Below are positions 26,200 to 41,021 of a stretch of DNA of 64,000 nucleotides, piece after piece. The notes beneath the pieces were generated by a model. It made no database searches, had not been told where the DNA came from, and saw only the letters and a list, made by a program, of their open reading frames with translations. The stretch's first letter is position 1. Each line of letters starts with the position of its first letter. The DNA is from Eledone cirrhosa (taxonomy: Eukaryota), in NCBI GenBank assembly GCA_964016885.1, contig OZ024740.1, forward strand, positions 336,350,001-336,414,000, given 5' to 3'. A program made the position numbers and the translations under genes.

Positions 26200-26482
26200 G
26201 ATGGATTTTCCCTCATAACTCACTGGCTGAATCACAAACCTGAGCAAAGTGTTTTGTGGAAAACCAGCATGTTAATCCCTCTTCTCTATGTAACTGATGT
26301 TGTCCAATGGAAAGGCAAAGGTCAATATAGCTTGACACCAGTGTCAACGCAAGTCATTTTTTCCAGCTAAAATAACGTGAAATAAAGTGCCTTCCACAAA
26401 AACATAGTGTGTCGCCCGGTCCGGAGATCGAACTCTTGAATTTATGATAGTGAGACCAGTACCCTAACCACTAAGTTACACA
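26200..26482 (-). mobile_element. CORE-like SINE, diverged
   Basis: Minus-strand GTTCGATCTCC box; the body matches the fragment at 21000-21195. Confidence 0.6.
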
Positions 26483-26825
26483 CTTCTATTAACTAATTAT
26501 TACCATAAATACATATTTGTACAGAAAGACACGATTGGGCCGAAGCTGCGTACATGTGTAATATATAATACATAACATAATTAGCTACCCGAGTTAGCAG
26601 TAATAATATACAGTTTGAAGTCTCCAATGCACCGGCAGTACTATATTTGGTGAACTTATAAAACCATTGCTTGCATATTGCTCTGCGTACTGAGAAATGT
26701 GTATACATTCTCTAAAGATATGTTCTATTAGATTCAAAATTCGAGGCAGATTGGTCACACTGTTTCGGTCCAAAGCGAAATACCTAAATATGACACATGT
26801 CTACATATGTCAATGTGTTTACATA

Positions 26826-27047
26826 CGAGGGGTGAGCTGAAACGTTCATAGGCTGACTATGAAGGAAATGATGCCAGAGCTGTAAAATCTTGTATGCATT
26901 AATTTCAAATCGTCTTATCAACAACTGCATTGTTTCTTTCTAGGTAAACTGACATCTAACTGCTTAAAGAAGACTTCAATAGTAACTAGTAGCGACTTCT
27001 CTTGAAAATGGACAACTTTGGCATCGTGGTGTTATCAAACCTGCAAA
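26826..27047 (+). mobile_element. Mariner transposon 5' end, truncated
   Basis: TA|CGAGGGG terminus and transposase start MD...HRGVIK at 27008; cut off by the HHR-family copy at 27048. Confidence 0.7.
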
Positions 27048-27258
27048 GAACAAATGAGCAACGATGGTTGCTAGACACTGTACGGCTTAATTCGGGATGT
27101 TTGTTTACAAACATACCGAGCATTATAATAAATGCTCGGTGAATCCATACGTACATATATATATATGTGTGCATGTATGTATATATATATACATACTACT
27201 GTACGTCTGTATACATATATGTATGTACGTATACATACTTATATATATATATATATAT

Positions 27259-28034
27259 AAGCCAGTCAGAGTATAGCTTAAAGCTTTCTCTGTTAATGTA
27301 TTAAATATTATACTCTTGATTTGGCCTGAGATGAATATTTCCAGATACCTTTTAAGCGTAACTTTCCGTATTTATTATTACTATGAAATATTGATTGTTA
27401 TTCTGGTATCATATCTCTGTTTTTAGCCTAAGAAAATACCTATATGCGTGTATAAATAATACATTCATATATTTATTTTTTTTTAAATCTAATTGAGTTC
27501 TTCACACGCAGGGTTAAAATTGTTGAAAGAATTAATTGACCCGCGTGTATATTATTTTACTTTCTTATGTTTCGCGATGACCTCCCCTTTCCGCTTGATG
27601 ACAGTGTGAGATTTCTCATTCTGAGACTGCTGGAATTTCAAATTTGGCGGTCATTCTGATACGGAGAGAGACCATCGCTAACATTGGATTGGACATCGGT
27701 AAGAGAGGTTTTTTTTATATCGATGTTTGACGGGCATCCACTGATGATTTATAAGTGCCCACCTGCGTATATTCCTACGGAATATGTGCAGGCTTCTACA
27801 TAACCTGGACACATTTTCCCAATTTGTAGAAAACTTATAATGAAACAATTGTTTGGAAAGGGAGATATATTTTAATTATGTCTCATATAAAATAATACAA
27901 CTGGCTTTCCGCAAAATACATATAGTTAGCACCCCAAACGTAAAATTGGGATTATACTAAGGTATATCCTAATGTTTGTTGAGTGAGATGGAAGCCAGTC
28001 AGAGTATAGCTTAAAGCTTTCTCTGTTAATGTAT

Positions 28035-28040
<6 letters not shown>
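27259..28040 (+). mobile_element. HHR-bearing element with 49-bp terminal direct repeats (733-bp monomer), embedded in (TA)n
   Basis: 27259-27307 is identical to 27992-28040; TA tracts on both sides. Confidence 0.8.
27737..27857 (+). ncRNA. Type I hammerhead ribozyme with a branched stem II
   Basis: tcca-CTGATGA-t ttataagt[two hairpins]acttataa t-GAAA-caattg-TT-tgga. Confidence 0.72.
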
Positions 28041-28091
<51 letters not shown>

Positions 28092-28339
28092 TGTAAAGTG
28101 GTTAGTGATAGAAAGGGAATCTAGCCGTAGAAATCTTTCCAAACAAAGGTTTCGGAACACCCTTAGTTATGTCAAAGGCATGAAAACTTCTTCTGAGTAC
28201 TCGATAGAACATGAGACCGTACATAAGCGAGACACAAATCTCTGGCCTGCTTGGGAGATGAGTGGCTCCCCTTCAGTACGGTCTATATAGACCCGTTCAA
28301 CTCTTGCTATTAGGGAAAGCGGACGTTAAAACGACAATG

Positions 28340-29262
<923 letters not shown>

Positions 29263-29755
29263 TAGATTTGCAAATAGATTCATACACCCTGGAGTTTTTT
29301 TTTTATATATGTATGTTTTTATTTGAGTCTCGGTATATATATGAGCGGTTATTCAGTGTTCATATATATAAACACACACACACACACACACATATGTATA
29401 TATATATATATATAGAGAGAGAGAGATAGAGAGTGGGGAGATATGACAGAATTCATTTGCCTGAAAATTTATATATATATATTATTCCTATGTTTTTTAA
29501 AACAGAAATATAATACAAATATTATCCAATTTAGGATGGTATCAATGTAGTGTACATTCTTCATGAATACACATGGAATATTGTTTTACAAACCAGTCAT
29601 GATACTTGATAGTTGATATTAATATCAATAACAAGAACAACTACAGCAACAACAATAATAGTAATAATATTGACAACAACAACATAATAGGAATATATTT
29701 ATATTCGTATTTATTGATTTCATAATAAGGGATATACACACACGCACATTTATAA

Positions 29756-29834
<79 letters not shown>

Positions 29835-29933
29835 GTATATATATATATACATATATGTGTTCATATGTATGCATATATGTATGTATGCATTTTCCTTTCT
29901 CTGTATATATATATATGAATATAAATATATATA

Positions 29934-30019
<86 letters not shown>

Positions 30020-30174
30020 TATAAATATATATATATATATATATGCACCTATATGTCTGTAAACAGCACGTACAAACGCTCACATATATGCACACCGCCC
30101 ACACACACATATATATATACGTGCACACATACATATATGCATACATACGTACACGCATACACACACAGACACAG

Positions 30175-30223
<49 letters not shown>

Positions 30224-30231
30224 TATTGTTA

Positions 30232-30445
30232 AGGCGTGTGGCTGAGTTGTTAGAGAATTGGATTCGTAATCGTAAGGTTGTGAGTTCGATTCCTGGACCA
30301 GGCGATGCGTTATGTCCTTGAGCAAGACACTTTATTTCACGTTGCTTCTTCTACCTGGAGTTGCGACCGATAGATAGTATTAGCAATTGGAAAGACCAAT
30401 GGAAACATTGTTTCCTCGGTCCGATTTGACGAAAGTCGATCGTTC
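30232..30445 (+). mobile_element. CORE-like SINE family B
   Basis: A-box-like TGGCTGAGTTG, B-box GTTCGATTCC, CORE-like tgtccttgagcaagacac. Confidence 0.85.
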
Positions 30446-30733
30446 CTAAATTACATATATATCTATATATATATACACACATATATGTATATGAATAAAT
30501 AAATTATAAATATAAATAAAAATTAATTCCTACTTTGCTGTTATTTCATATATATATATATATATATGTGTGTGTGTCTGTGTCTATGTATTTGTATGCG
30601 TGTATGTATATATGCGTGTACGTATATATGCATATATGTATGTATGTACGTATATATATATATGTGTGGGGGGGGGCGAGATGCATATGTGTATGTATGT
30701 GAGCGTTTGTACGTGCTGTTTACAGACATATAG

Positions 30734-30771
<38 letters not shown>

Positions 30772-30801
30772 CTATATGTCTGTAAACAGCATATATATAT
30801 A

Positions 30802-30844
<43 letters not shown>

Positions 30845-31000
30845 CCATATATATACAGAGAAAGGAAAATGCATGCATCTGAACACATATATTTATATGC
30901 TTATACATATACATATGTAATATATATATTATATATACGTATACACACACATATATATATGCATGCATATGAACACATATTTATATACATATACATATGT

Positions 31001-31101
<101 letters not shown>

Positions 31102-32405
31102 TGTATATATATAGACATATATTTGTATATTTGGTGCCTAATATGTGTTTATGTGCGTTTGTGTGTGTGTGGGGGTTCGGAATGTTTCAATATAGACAGA
31201 CGTCCCAATTGTGTGAAATGTTTCCACTATTTAACTGACAAATGGAATTGTATTCAAACGAGACTTTGTTGTATTTTGTGAGAGAATGACGATCATCTAG
31301 AACACTTTCTGACGTGAAATGTGTAAAAGTGATTTATTTCAGCTGGAAATACAAATTACAGTTTAATGTGATTTAGCGAATAGGAAATATTTTACATTTT
31401 CTAATATTTCTTTCATTAATAACATGGATAGGGCTCTCTGTTTCTACTCAAGCTTATTTATTTGTTATTCGTTATTTGTTTATTACTGAAGCACCTTATT
31501 TCATTTTCCCTACCCTCTTTCCTCCATCATCTTCCAGCTACCTTTAGATTTGTTTTGTAACCAATTTAATAGAAAATTGATTTTGCATTTTATTTCTTGA
31601 TTTTATAAATGTTTTACTTTCTTTTCTTGTCATTTTCTATTCTCATTTTATTGTATTGTTTTCTTATTGTTTGTTTTTATTTTATTGTTGTTGTCGTTGT
31701 TGTTTTAGTTGTTGTTGGTGTTGTTGTTGTTTTACACTTGGCTAAATAGAAATAAATAAAGATCCTCCATATTTGTTGCTGTGTGTTAGTAATATTATGA
31801 AATCAATCCGGGATTTAAGGTATAATAAATTCTTTTTGACAACCGCTTCATTCACGGATAGATACATTGTAAGCGACGACGCAAAAAATAACAAAAAAAA
31901 GCACAAATTTTTTTAATAGTTCTTGTTGAGAACAGGAGAAAGTTAAAAAGAAATAAAGAACTAACGTGATAAAAATGGCGAAATTTTGTTTTATATTTTC
32001 CTTACAGTTTATGTTTTCTGCAATACAAATAGCACATAGATTTCCCACGTAAACCTGTAGCTCTTCACTTGTTATTTATATTTTTTTACCTTGTTTCTTT
32101 TCAGAAATCAGATAAAATGAGCAGTTTACTTTCGTATAAGATGTTTTATTGTTTTCCGTTTTTTTTCTCTCATCATTTCTTTACATATTTTCATATTCAA
32201 ATATTCAATTCTATTTTCTCTATTTTTCTCCTTTTTCATTTATGAAAACGTGCAGCAAGCAAGGAGATAAACCACATTAATTATTTTAAATTTTATGTTG
32301 CTATTATTCAGTGCCAAATTCTTTACATTCAAATATAAAACTATAACAAATTTAATATGCATTTACTTATTTTTGTTGTTAAAATAACTTCTCTTTTAAA
32401 GTTTT

Positions 32406-32443
<38 letters not shown>

Positions 32444-32498
32444 CTGCAACCATGGCTTCGTTGATGCTGTACTAAATTTTGTATATATATATATACAC

Positions 32499-32615
<117 letters not shown>

Positions 32616-33159
32616 CGTGTGCGTGTCCGTGTGTGTGTGTGTGTAGCAAAAACTTTGTAGTATTTCCTTCTTTTAATGATTTCAATTCGAAGTAAGTTTT
32701 CTCGTCGTTAACAAAGAAATAGCTTGAAATAAATCTGAAAATGTGTGGTGTATATTGCTTCCTAAATGTTAACATAGAAAATAAGAAAATATTGCAAGAA
32801 TTAGGGGATGTTTTGTTCGTGCACCGTTATATAGCTTTTGAAATGGTTTTGTATATATATACATATATATATATGTACACTCTATGTAAAACATATTCGT
32901 ATTATTTAGAACCTGAAAGAATTGTCCATGTTATATTTCATTGAGTAATACATACAATAATATTAACCTACATAGTATTCGAGAGTAACTGGGATAAGTA
33001 TGAAACCCCAGATTGTTCGTAAGAAGTTTTTTTGTGAAATAATTTTTTCAATCTGAAGGAAGTGATATATGTAGTAATAGTAATTTTAAACATCAAAGGT
33101 TGTTGTTCGACGGGCGAAAAGACCGAAAAAACTAAGCCTGCAGAGAAGAATGTTAGTAA

Positions 33160-33320
33160 AAAGGCAGTGAATTGGCAGAGTCGTCAGAAAGTCGGATAGA
33201 ATGCTTTCTGGTATTCGTTCCGACTCTCTGCTCTCTAAGTTCAAATCCCGCCGAGGTTAACTTTGCTTTTCATCCTTCCGAGGTCGATAAAAAAAAGTGC
33301 CAGTCTAGTATTGGGTCGAT
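33160..33320 (+). mobile_element. SINE family A
   Basis: gttcaaatcccgccgaggttaactttgcttttcatccttccgaggtcgataaa. Confidence 0.85.
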
Positions 33321-34268
33321 TCTTCCTGTCTCTGGAAGAAATCTCCTGTACTCAAGCATGGAGAGGAATGGGCTCCGACAGGCTTTTAAAATGTCCAAGC
33401 AACGCCGTATGTCACTACAGTGCTCCTACGACTCTATCAGGAGTTACGGGGGCAAGTAAAATTCATACGGGCTTTTCTTCAACTTTGTTAAGAGGCTGTT
33501 TACCTGATGTATTTGTGTGTGCATTTGCTCTATCAATATATCTATGTATGGACAACAACACACTACATTTGGTGTATACACAATATTCAAGAATGAAACA
33601 ACATGTTTGCATATTGAGTGTCTGAAACTGCTCAAACTTGAATTATTTTCTGACCCTATGTAGCTATGTTATAGTTGTGTGTTCAACATAAGAGATCATG
33701 GTGGATCATAAAAGTATAAAGGTATAACTGTATGAATTGCATAACCAAGAGGGTTTTAGCTGATCTAGAGAAGGTTTATAAAATTTACTTTCTTTACATT
33801 TGTTTTTGTATCGTTGAATGTGGTTCTTAATTGCAAGTTTTCATTAAACTGTTTTCAATATTTCGAGTTATGGTGAAATAGTAGGCCTAACAAGAATCGT
33901 TGAGTTACGAGTACATGAGGTCAGTGTATCAAAAGATATAGGGAGAGTAGATAAGTAGAGTTGAGTGTGCTATCATATCATGTGTATATGATGAGTGCTC
34001 GAGAGTAAAAATAACATTTGGTAATATTTGGTAGACGAAGAGATGAAAAGAAAATTATTGCTTAGATGAATCTGATCTGACGAAAGCTATATTTGAAGAG
34101 AACTTTGTCTAGGAAAGAGCTTTCACCTGATGTGATATAGATACAGAGTTGGAGGGTTATTGATACTAGATAAAGCCCATAGTTACAACTAGATACTAAT
34201 ATCAGTTTTCACTAAAGTTCTCAGTATCAAAGCCCACTGCCCTTAGGGGACAAGGTTTCCAGAAAAAA

Positions 34269-34299
<31 letters not shown>

Positions 34300-34432
34300 C
34301 GCCCAATTATTTCTGAGACGGTCGTGGGGGCAGAGTCCTCAAACACTCCTTCCAGCGGGTCGAATGTCGTCTTTTTGTTGTCTGTAACTCTATCAGGTTT
34401 TGTTTACTTTGTTAGAAATTATTGAGTACTGA

Positions 34433-34808
34433 GATGTTGAAACACCCAACATCTGTTGCAGAAACCACTCAACATCTGCTGTTAAAGCACTCAATATCTT
34501 TCACTGAGACTATCCAACATCTTTAACTGAAACTACAAAGCATCTGGTGTTGAAACACCCAACATCTGTTGTTGAAATACCCAATATATTTGTATGTTGT
34601 TGAAACACTCAACATCTGTTGTTAGATAGCTCTATACCTTTTACTAACACTATCCAACATCTGTAATTGCACCAGCTAACATTTATTATTGAAAATACAT
34701 GACATTTGTTGTTGAAATTACCCGACAGTTGTTGTTGAATCTACCACATATCTATGGCAGAAACCACATAACATTTATTATTGAAACTATTCAACATCTG
34801 TTATTGAA
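34433..34808. repeat. Degenerate ~22-bp minisatellite (tgttgaaacacccaacatc)
   Basis: Recurrent caacatctg / gttgaaa units. Confidence 0.75.
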
Positions 34809-35457
34809 TTTTTTTTTTCGTTTCCCTACATTTTTTCCCGTCAGTTCTTTCCTAAATTCACTTCACTTCTACTACACCGTAAAACCAAATGTTTCCCATA
34901 TGTGTTTCAAATGTTATTAGCATGAAGTAAGCAGTCATGTGACTTACACCGTAAAAGGCTCTTTTATAGACACAGGAAAGTGTATTTCGACATAATAGGT
35001 AATTAACGATATTTATCGAAATTAAATAGTTATTAAGTATCGATTTTTCGATAAATACACCATTATATTTGAAATGATCGATGGAATGCTCTACACTATG
35101 TTCATTCGATCACTCAATGTTTGTCTGAGATTTTAATAATTAACGAAATCGCTTTACTGTCAATGGTGGTCGGTATGTTTTTTGTTATTGTTGTTTTTTG
35201 TTGTTTTTTTTCTTCGTGGAATTGTAAAGAACTCCACCGAAACAGCAGCTATCTATTTTAGTAAACTTGAACAAAAAAGAACAAAACTACATGAATAACA
35301 TCAACCCATCAAACATGATGCTTTATTTTCCCTGCGGTGACTTCGTTCCTAATATACGAATAAACACGAACAAGGCGAATGGAGAACTTACTCAAATATA
35401 CTATGAAATATTAACAACAATAATGATAAAAACGACTACTAGGCATGAAGGTGCTAT

Positions 35458-35539
<82 letters not shown>

Positions 35540-36499
35540 TTAAACTATCATTGCACAAGTATTATTGCAATTACTGCTGTAATCTACTACAACTGCTGCT
35601 GTTGCTGTTACTACTACTACTACTACTACTACTACCACTACTACTACTTCTACTACTACTGCTGCTGCTGCTAATGTTGTTGCACTTGCTGCTACTACTA
35701 CAACTACTACTGCTTCTTCTACTACAACTGCTACCACTACTACTACTGCTTCTGCTAGTGTTACTACTACTGCTGTTGTTGCTGTTATTACAACTACTAT
35801 ATTTAATCCAGTTTCTATTATCACCTATATTAACATTATATTAACAACTGCTAGGAATAACAACAAAACCTCTCTCCCTAAAATGAAATACTGATTTAAG
35901 AAGAGAAAATAAACATTGGCTAATGTAGTCCTAGATAAGGAAAGAAAAAGGAAAGGGGTGCCGTCCTAACACACTGTGTATCGTGTGAATTTTAAACTTA
36001 ACGCAGCCTATACACAAGTTTGAACACAGCCGGTTTCTTTCAAAGGAGAGCGAGAGAATGTAGTAAAAAAAACATTAGAGAAGAAATCCACTCTAGTACT
36101 GGATTGGTACTTTATTTATCGACTTCGAAATGATGGAAAGTAGCGTTGACTTCGGATGGTTTAAAATTCAGAACGCAGTGAGCCAGAACATTCATTTCAA
36201 CATTTTATTTCTCCGCTAGTCCTAGATAAGAATTATCTGGCAAAAAAGGGCGGAATTGTTACTGGCCATTGTATGCCATAGATTATATTTTTTTTCTTTT
36301 TCAGGGATTATCTTTTTCTGTTGGGAAGAGCTGCGCCTATAGTCTTTATAGTTACTAGTATATCGTTGAGAACTTAATGTTGTGAGTTTTTTGTTGCTTG
36401 CAAAATAGGAAGAGTCATACTTAATAAGAAGAGTCATACTTAAAAGGGTGGTTTCAGTCAGACATTTACATGTTACTGTTCGGTCAGAAGTGAAGCACA

Positions 36500-37300
36500 T
36501 GTATTGCCAAGAATAAGTAGCATAAAACTGATGGATATCTGAACAGTCAAATGATGTAATGCGTCATAGCCTCCAGCTGATTTGCGGCGTTACATAATGA
36601 CTGAATGTGTGATGGCCAGTCGTGATAGGGCAATGGTCGGATGTCTTGTTAGGTGCAGAGACGGTGGTAATTTAGTAAGACGTTGGTTTAATGGTAATAA
36701 AGAGATAAAGAGTTCCTAGAGTGTCTGTGTGTCGGTGAGGAGTGTTAGTAAGAGATGGGACTAGTTGATATAGAAAGCGCTACTGGCAGCATTAGAATGG
36801 GATAAATGTGAGAGCCAAGAAAACTGAGTGTTGAGATGACCTCGTAGAGGGTGGAGTCAGAAAGGAATCTCTAAACAGGAATATATAAGGATCGAAGAAA
36901 TGTTGGTGGCTGGAGAAACTAGAAAATGTATTTGGATGAGTAGGATAGTTAGATTTTAAAATGAAATAACTGGAAATTTTCGTTGCTGAAATCTACATAA
37001 GTGAGAGGAGTTACTGGGAGAGGATAATCTATTCCTGTGCTTATACACCACATTTCGGATTGGAATGTGAATACAGAGTGTAGACAGGACAGCAACGATG
37101 GACTATGAATAATGTCTCAGAGATTTATGGCTCGGTGAGGAATAAGATATTTGATTTGTTTGCTAGTAAGGGTCAATTGGAAATTGCGAATGTTAGAGAT
37201 GTAGTGGTAAAATTGTCCAGTGGGTTTAGTTTTAGACATCTGGTGAGGAGTAGAGAAGGTCATGATGTCACGATAAACCTGTCTGGAGCATGGTCCAAAA
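36500..37300 (-). pseudogene. Decayed CR1/L2-group endonuclease remnant
   Basis: Minus strand ISNIRN...NILFLTE, homologous to 20040-20580. Confidence 0.5.
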
Positions 37301-37939
37301 GCTTCCAACAGATCAAGCTCTAGCAAAGACCCCATTGATCAGGAGGTAGTGTTAAACTGGACAACATAATGTGTCTACTACCTCCCCAAAAGCAGGAGAC
37401 CTTTAGCCCCCATATATAACATGACGACATTGGACAAATTATATATATATATATATATATATACAAAAACATATGTACAAACATACATAAATACGTATTT
37501 TCTCTCTCTACGGTGATCAATATAGACGTGTGTGACTCTGTGTGTGTGTACATCAGTGTATGTGTGTATGTTTAAAATAACAAAAAGAATGAAAAGAATA
37601 GAGTCGAAGAGTGAGAGAGGAGAGAGAGAAGTATAGCTAAATAATAATAAAAACAACAATAAAAGCAATAATAAAAACAACGACACTATTTGCAATTTAC
37701 TGACAATATTCTTACTACTATTATCCTGAGAGTAGCAGTTGTCACCATCACACCAACTACTATTCTGCTGCTGAAGTTGCTGATGTTGCTGCTACTACAT
37801 CACCAACGGCTACTATTATAATACTACCACCATTCAACAAGAGACACCTTTATGCATTCTGTAGAATTGGTAGAAATAGTAGCCAAATCTCCCTCAAATC
37901 ACACGATTCCATCTTAAATAAAGGACACTACTAATACTT

Positions 37940-37988
<49 letters not shown>

Positions 37989-38002
37989 TACTACTACTTA
38001 TT

Positions 38003-38035
<33 letters not shown>

Positions 38036-38049
38036 AAAAGAACAACAAC

Positions 38050-40150
38050 AACAATAATATTATTATTATTTCTTTATTGGCCACAAGGGCCGAAAAAAAG
38101 AAATACAAAATAACAGGAACAGGGGATATACGCTATACGCAAACACGTGTAAAAGGGGAAAACAGGTAACAATTAACAATAAATAAATAACAATAGAATT
38201 CCCCAATGGTGGTGGAGCATAACAAAGGGGTCATTTCTGAACCTCACTAATCCGAGACCACCCTAATCACCAAGAGTATTAGAGTAAGGTTCCCCTCACC
38301 TCTGTAAATTCTCCACCCTACAGGTGCTTGCTCAGAGTAGGCCCATTCACACGGGTCATGCTCGACACAGCCCATCCACGCCCGGTTAAAGTGGGATGAC
38401 CTTCAACAGCTCAAGTTTCCGCAGTACTGGCTCGAAAGTCAGTATAAATAGTAGGGAGGGGGTAGGACATCCCTGACGGGCTGAGGGCGTGGTCTGAAAC
38501 GGTTCCTATAGGTGACCATTTACTCTGACCACATAGGAGATGCCGCTGTGCATTGAAACAGTCCAACCTCTGCAGACGGGACTGAAACTGGTTGCTTTGA
38601 GGATAACTTCCAAGTAGCGATGGTCGACCCTATCTAAAATGTTCGATTGATCTAAACTAATCAGAGCCCCACCGAAGCTATGTTTACTCCTTACACTCTT
38701 TATAAGGTATTGCATGAGGTGGGGTTAGTCGTATATTCATGGTCGGGATTGTACATATATGCGCTTCGTCGACCAGACTGCTACAACCTTGACTAAAATG
38801 TTAAATTATGTTGAGCAGAGTTATGAGCCAGAAATTTTCAATTGCGTCCCTCTTATTCGCGTCTTTTGTGCTGGGTGTTACTACTCTCTGGCTTACAGAA
38901 CTGTTGCCAGTTGCAGTAGACAGCTGTAAGGATATCGGCGAACAGTTGAGAAACTTCCTGGGGCTTCCCCTGTCTCGACATGTATTATTGACTTTTGCAA
39001 CCCTCCACATCTTCCGTTGAGGATGCTCTTCTTTGATGAGAAGCGAACACCAGAACCACCCCAGATATACACATGCATATATACAAGCTAGAGATTGAAA
39101 TTGCCACGTTGGCCAGAAAGAATTAAGAGTAAAGTGGGGGCTACAAAACCTTGTACTGTTGGGGATCAGGGGATTCGATCTCCATATCATGATGGGAAAT
39201 TCCTTGGGAACCCCCTTTAAAAGTCAACATGTGGCATTTACATTAGGGGTTCTTACGTCTTGGCGGAAACTGTCCCTAATGTTTTAAGTCTCTAAAGACA
39301 TACACACCATTACTAATGTTTGGAGTACCTTAGAGATGCTGGTGCCGAAAACTCTACCCCACTCTTCGTCTTATGAAGGACATCAGTTCTTCATTAACCC
39401 TCCTCACTCGCACAATGTTCGATGTGTATGCAGTTGTTTGGTGCTTTTTGCTTGTGGTATTGTAGTGCTTTTTCTTTTCGTTGTGCTTAGTTCTAGTTGT
39501 GGTGTAGCATTGTTGGTGGGGGGGGGATCATGTTGACGTTTGTGCTTGTGGTGGACCTGGTGTTGTTGCAGGTGTATCTGCATTTAGTGTGTGTTGGCGT
39601 GTGACAGAATATATTTGTTCTTTTTTGTAAGTCTTTTTGTTGTTTCTTTGGTTTTTAGTGTTCTTCTTCTTCATTGGGAGTAGAAGAGGTACCTGTGCCT
39701 AACAAATGTGATTTGAGTGTCTATGTGTGTGAGTTTAGAGGGGTTGGAGAGAGAGAGGGCGCGAGTGACAGCTTCATTGAGAGACCCCTGGGTGGTTTTG
39801 ATAATGTATGTTGTTTTTTCTTGTTGGTGAAGGTGGTGGTCGTCGTGGAGGTGGTGGTCATGGTGGGAGTGGTGATGGGACTTCTGCTGCTGTTGTTGGT
39901 GGTGGTTCTGTCACTATTGTTGATGTTGTTGCTGCTACCGAGATTGGTGCCGCTGTTGTTGTTGTCCGCTGTTGGTGTTGTTGTTGCTATAGTTGTTGGG
40001 GCCTTGGTGTTGGCAGTGAGGAGGTTCTGTGGTTCCCTGTCCTCTGTTGAGAGCAGAAAGTTCTCAAGTGTCCAATCATACCACACAGATGGCAACGAGG
40101 CTTTTTGCTCTCAACTACATATAGCTTCACTCCTCTCGTAGTCGGGGACC
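38050..40150 (-). mobile_element. Internally deleted Tx1-like LINE (ORF1 CCHC knuckle, RT fragments, 3' end)
   Basis: CHLCGMIGHLRTFC at 40053-40094; NFWLITLLN; FGGALISLDQSNILDRVDH; C-terminal MTRVNGPTLSKHL*; 3' end ccaataaagaaa followed by (TAA)n. Confidence 0.85.
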
Positions 40151-40504
40151 TTGTCTATTTAGTCCGTAAGTACCCAAGTCCAACAAAACTAAGTGTTATA
40201 CTCTATTTCTAGGTTGCCTGTCATTACTTAGTTAAACTTGCAAGCTAATATGGCTAATGTTAGTTTTTCAATTCACTAACTTACAATGTGTGAGCTCCAA
40301 CAGTATTTATAAAAGGCATACTATGCTGAAAATCAGTTTTCTTAGTTCAAACGCCGTTATTTAAAATTGAAACAGAGATAAATAATTTAAATTGATTTCA
40401 ATCCTTTCAATGCAGAATATATTAAAAGAATATATTAAAAGAATATATTAAATAAAGATTAGTCTAAATGGTCTTGTTTTATTAACAAGTGAACTGTGGG
40501 TGGT

Positions 40505-40712
40505 AACTTAACAGATTCGTTAGAGCATCGGGCAAAATGTTTTGCGGCATTCATTTACGGCTCTTTACGTTCTGAGTTTAAATCTCTCCGAGATCAACTT
40601 TGCCTTTCATCCTTCCGAGGTCGATAAATTAAGGTACCAGTTAGGTATAGGGCCAATATAATTGACTTTCCCCTCCACATATGATCTTGGCTTTGAGCCT
40701 AAATTAGAAATT
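40505..40712 (+). mobile_element. SINE family A (other diverged copies near 16425, 36095, 41555, 52660, 56224, 56330, 61140)
   Basis: ccgagatcaactttgcctttcatccttccgaggtcgataaa core. Confidence 0.8.
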
Positions 40713-40910
40713 ATTACCAAATTAACTAACTTAAATTAGAAACTTGGATATTTTCTGTAAAGTTTGTATGGAATCAAATTTTTTACGAAACTTTTCAGAA
40801 TTATTTACATTGTATGTGCTTCCTAATATTTTCTATTTCTCTGTTTTCAAATCTACCACCAACCATGTATCCATCCATCCATCTTTTCTTAGTTAATAAG
40901 CTTATTTCAG

Positions 40911-41021
40911 ATTTCTCTTTACATCAAAGATGTAGCACTGCAAATAGCTTCCCACTGTGATGGAATTCTGTGCCTGTGGTCTAATAACCAACTTTTTCGA
41001 CCTCTTTAAAGGCACATGAAG
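40911..41021 (+). other. Candidate 5'-UTR/first coding exon ending in ATG AAG
   Basis: Acceptor ttatttcag| and donor aag|gtgagc. All frames are closed before the ATG at 41016. Confidence 0.25.

Noticed and set aside
27589-27635. Second HHR-like motif TTGATGA-hairpin-GAGA in the 733-bp element
   Set aside because: The core has two deviations and there is no clear UH site; at best a decayed copy.
33640-34210. Possible decayed minus-strand LINE RT (similar weak signal at 62600-63060)
   Set aside because: Only faint motif echoes; too degenerate to call.
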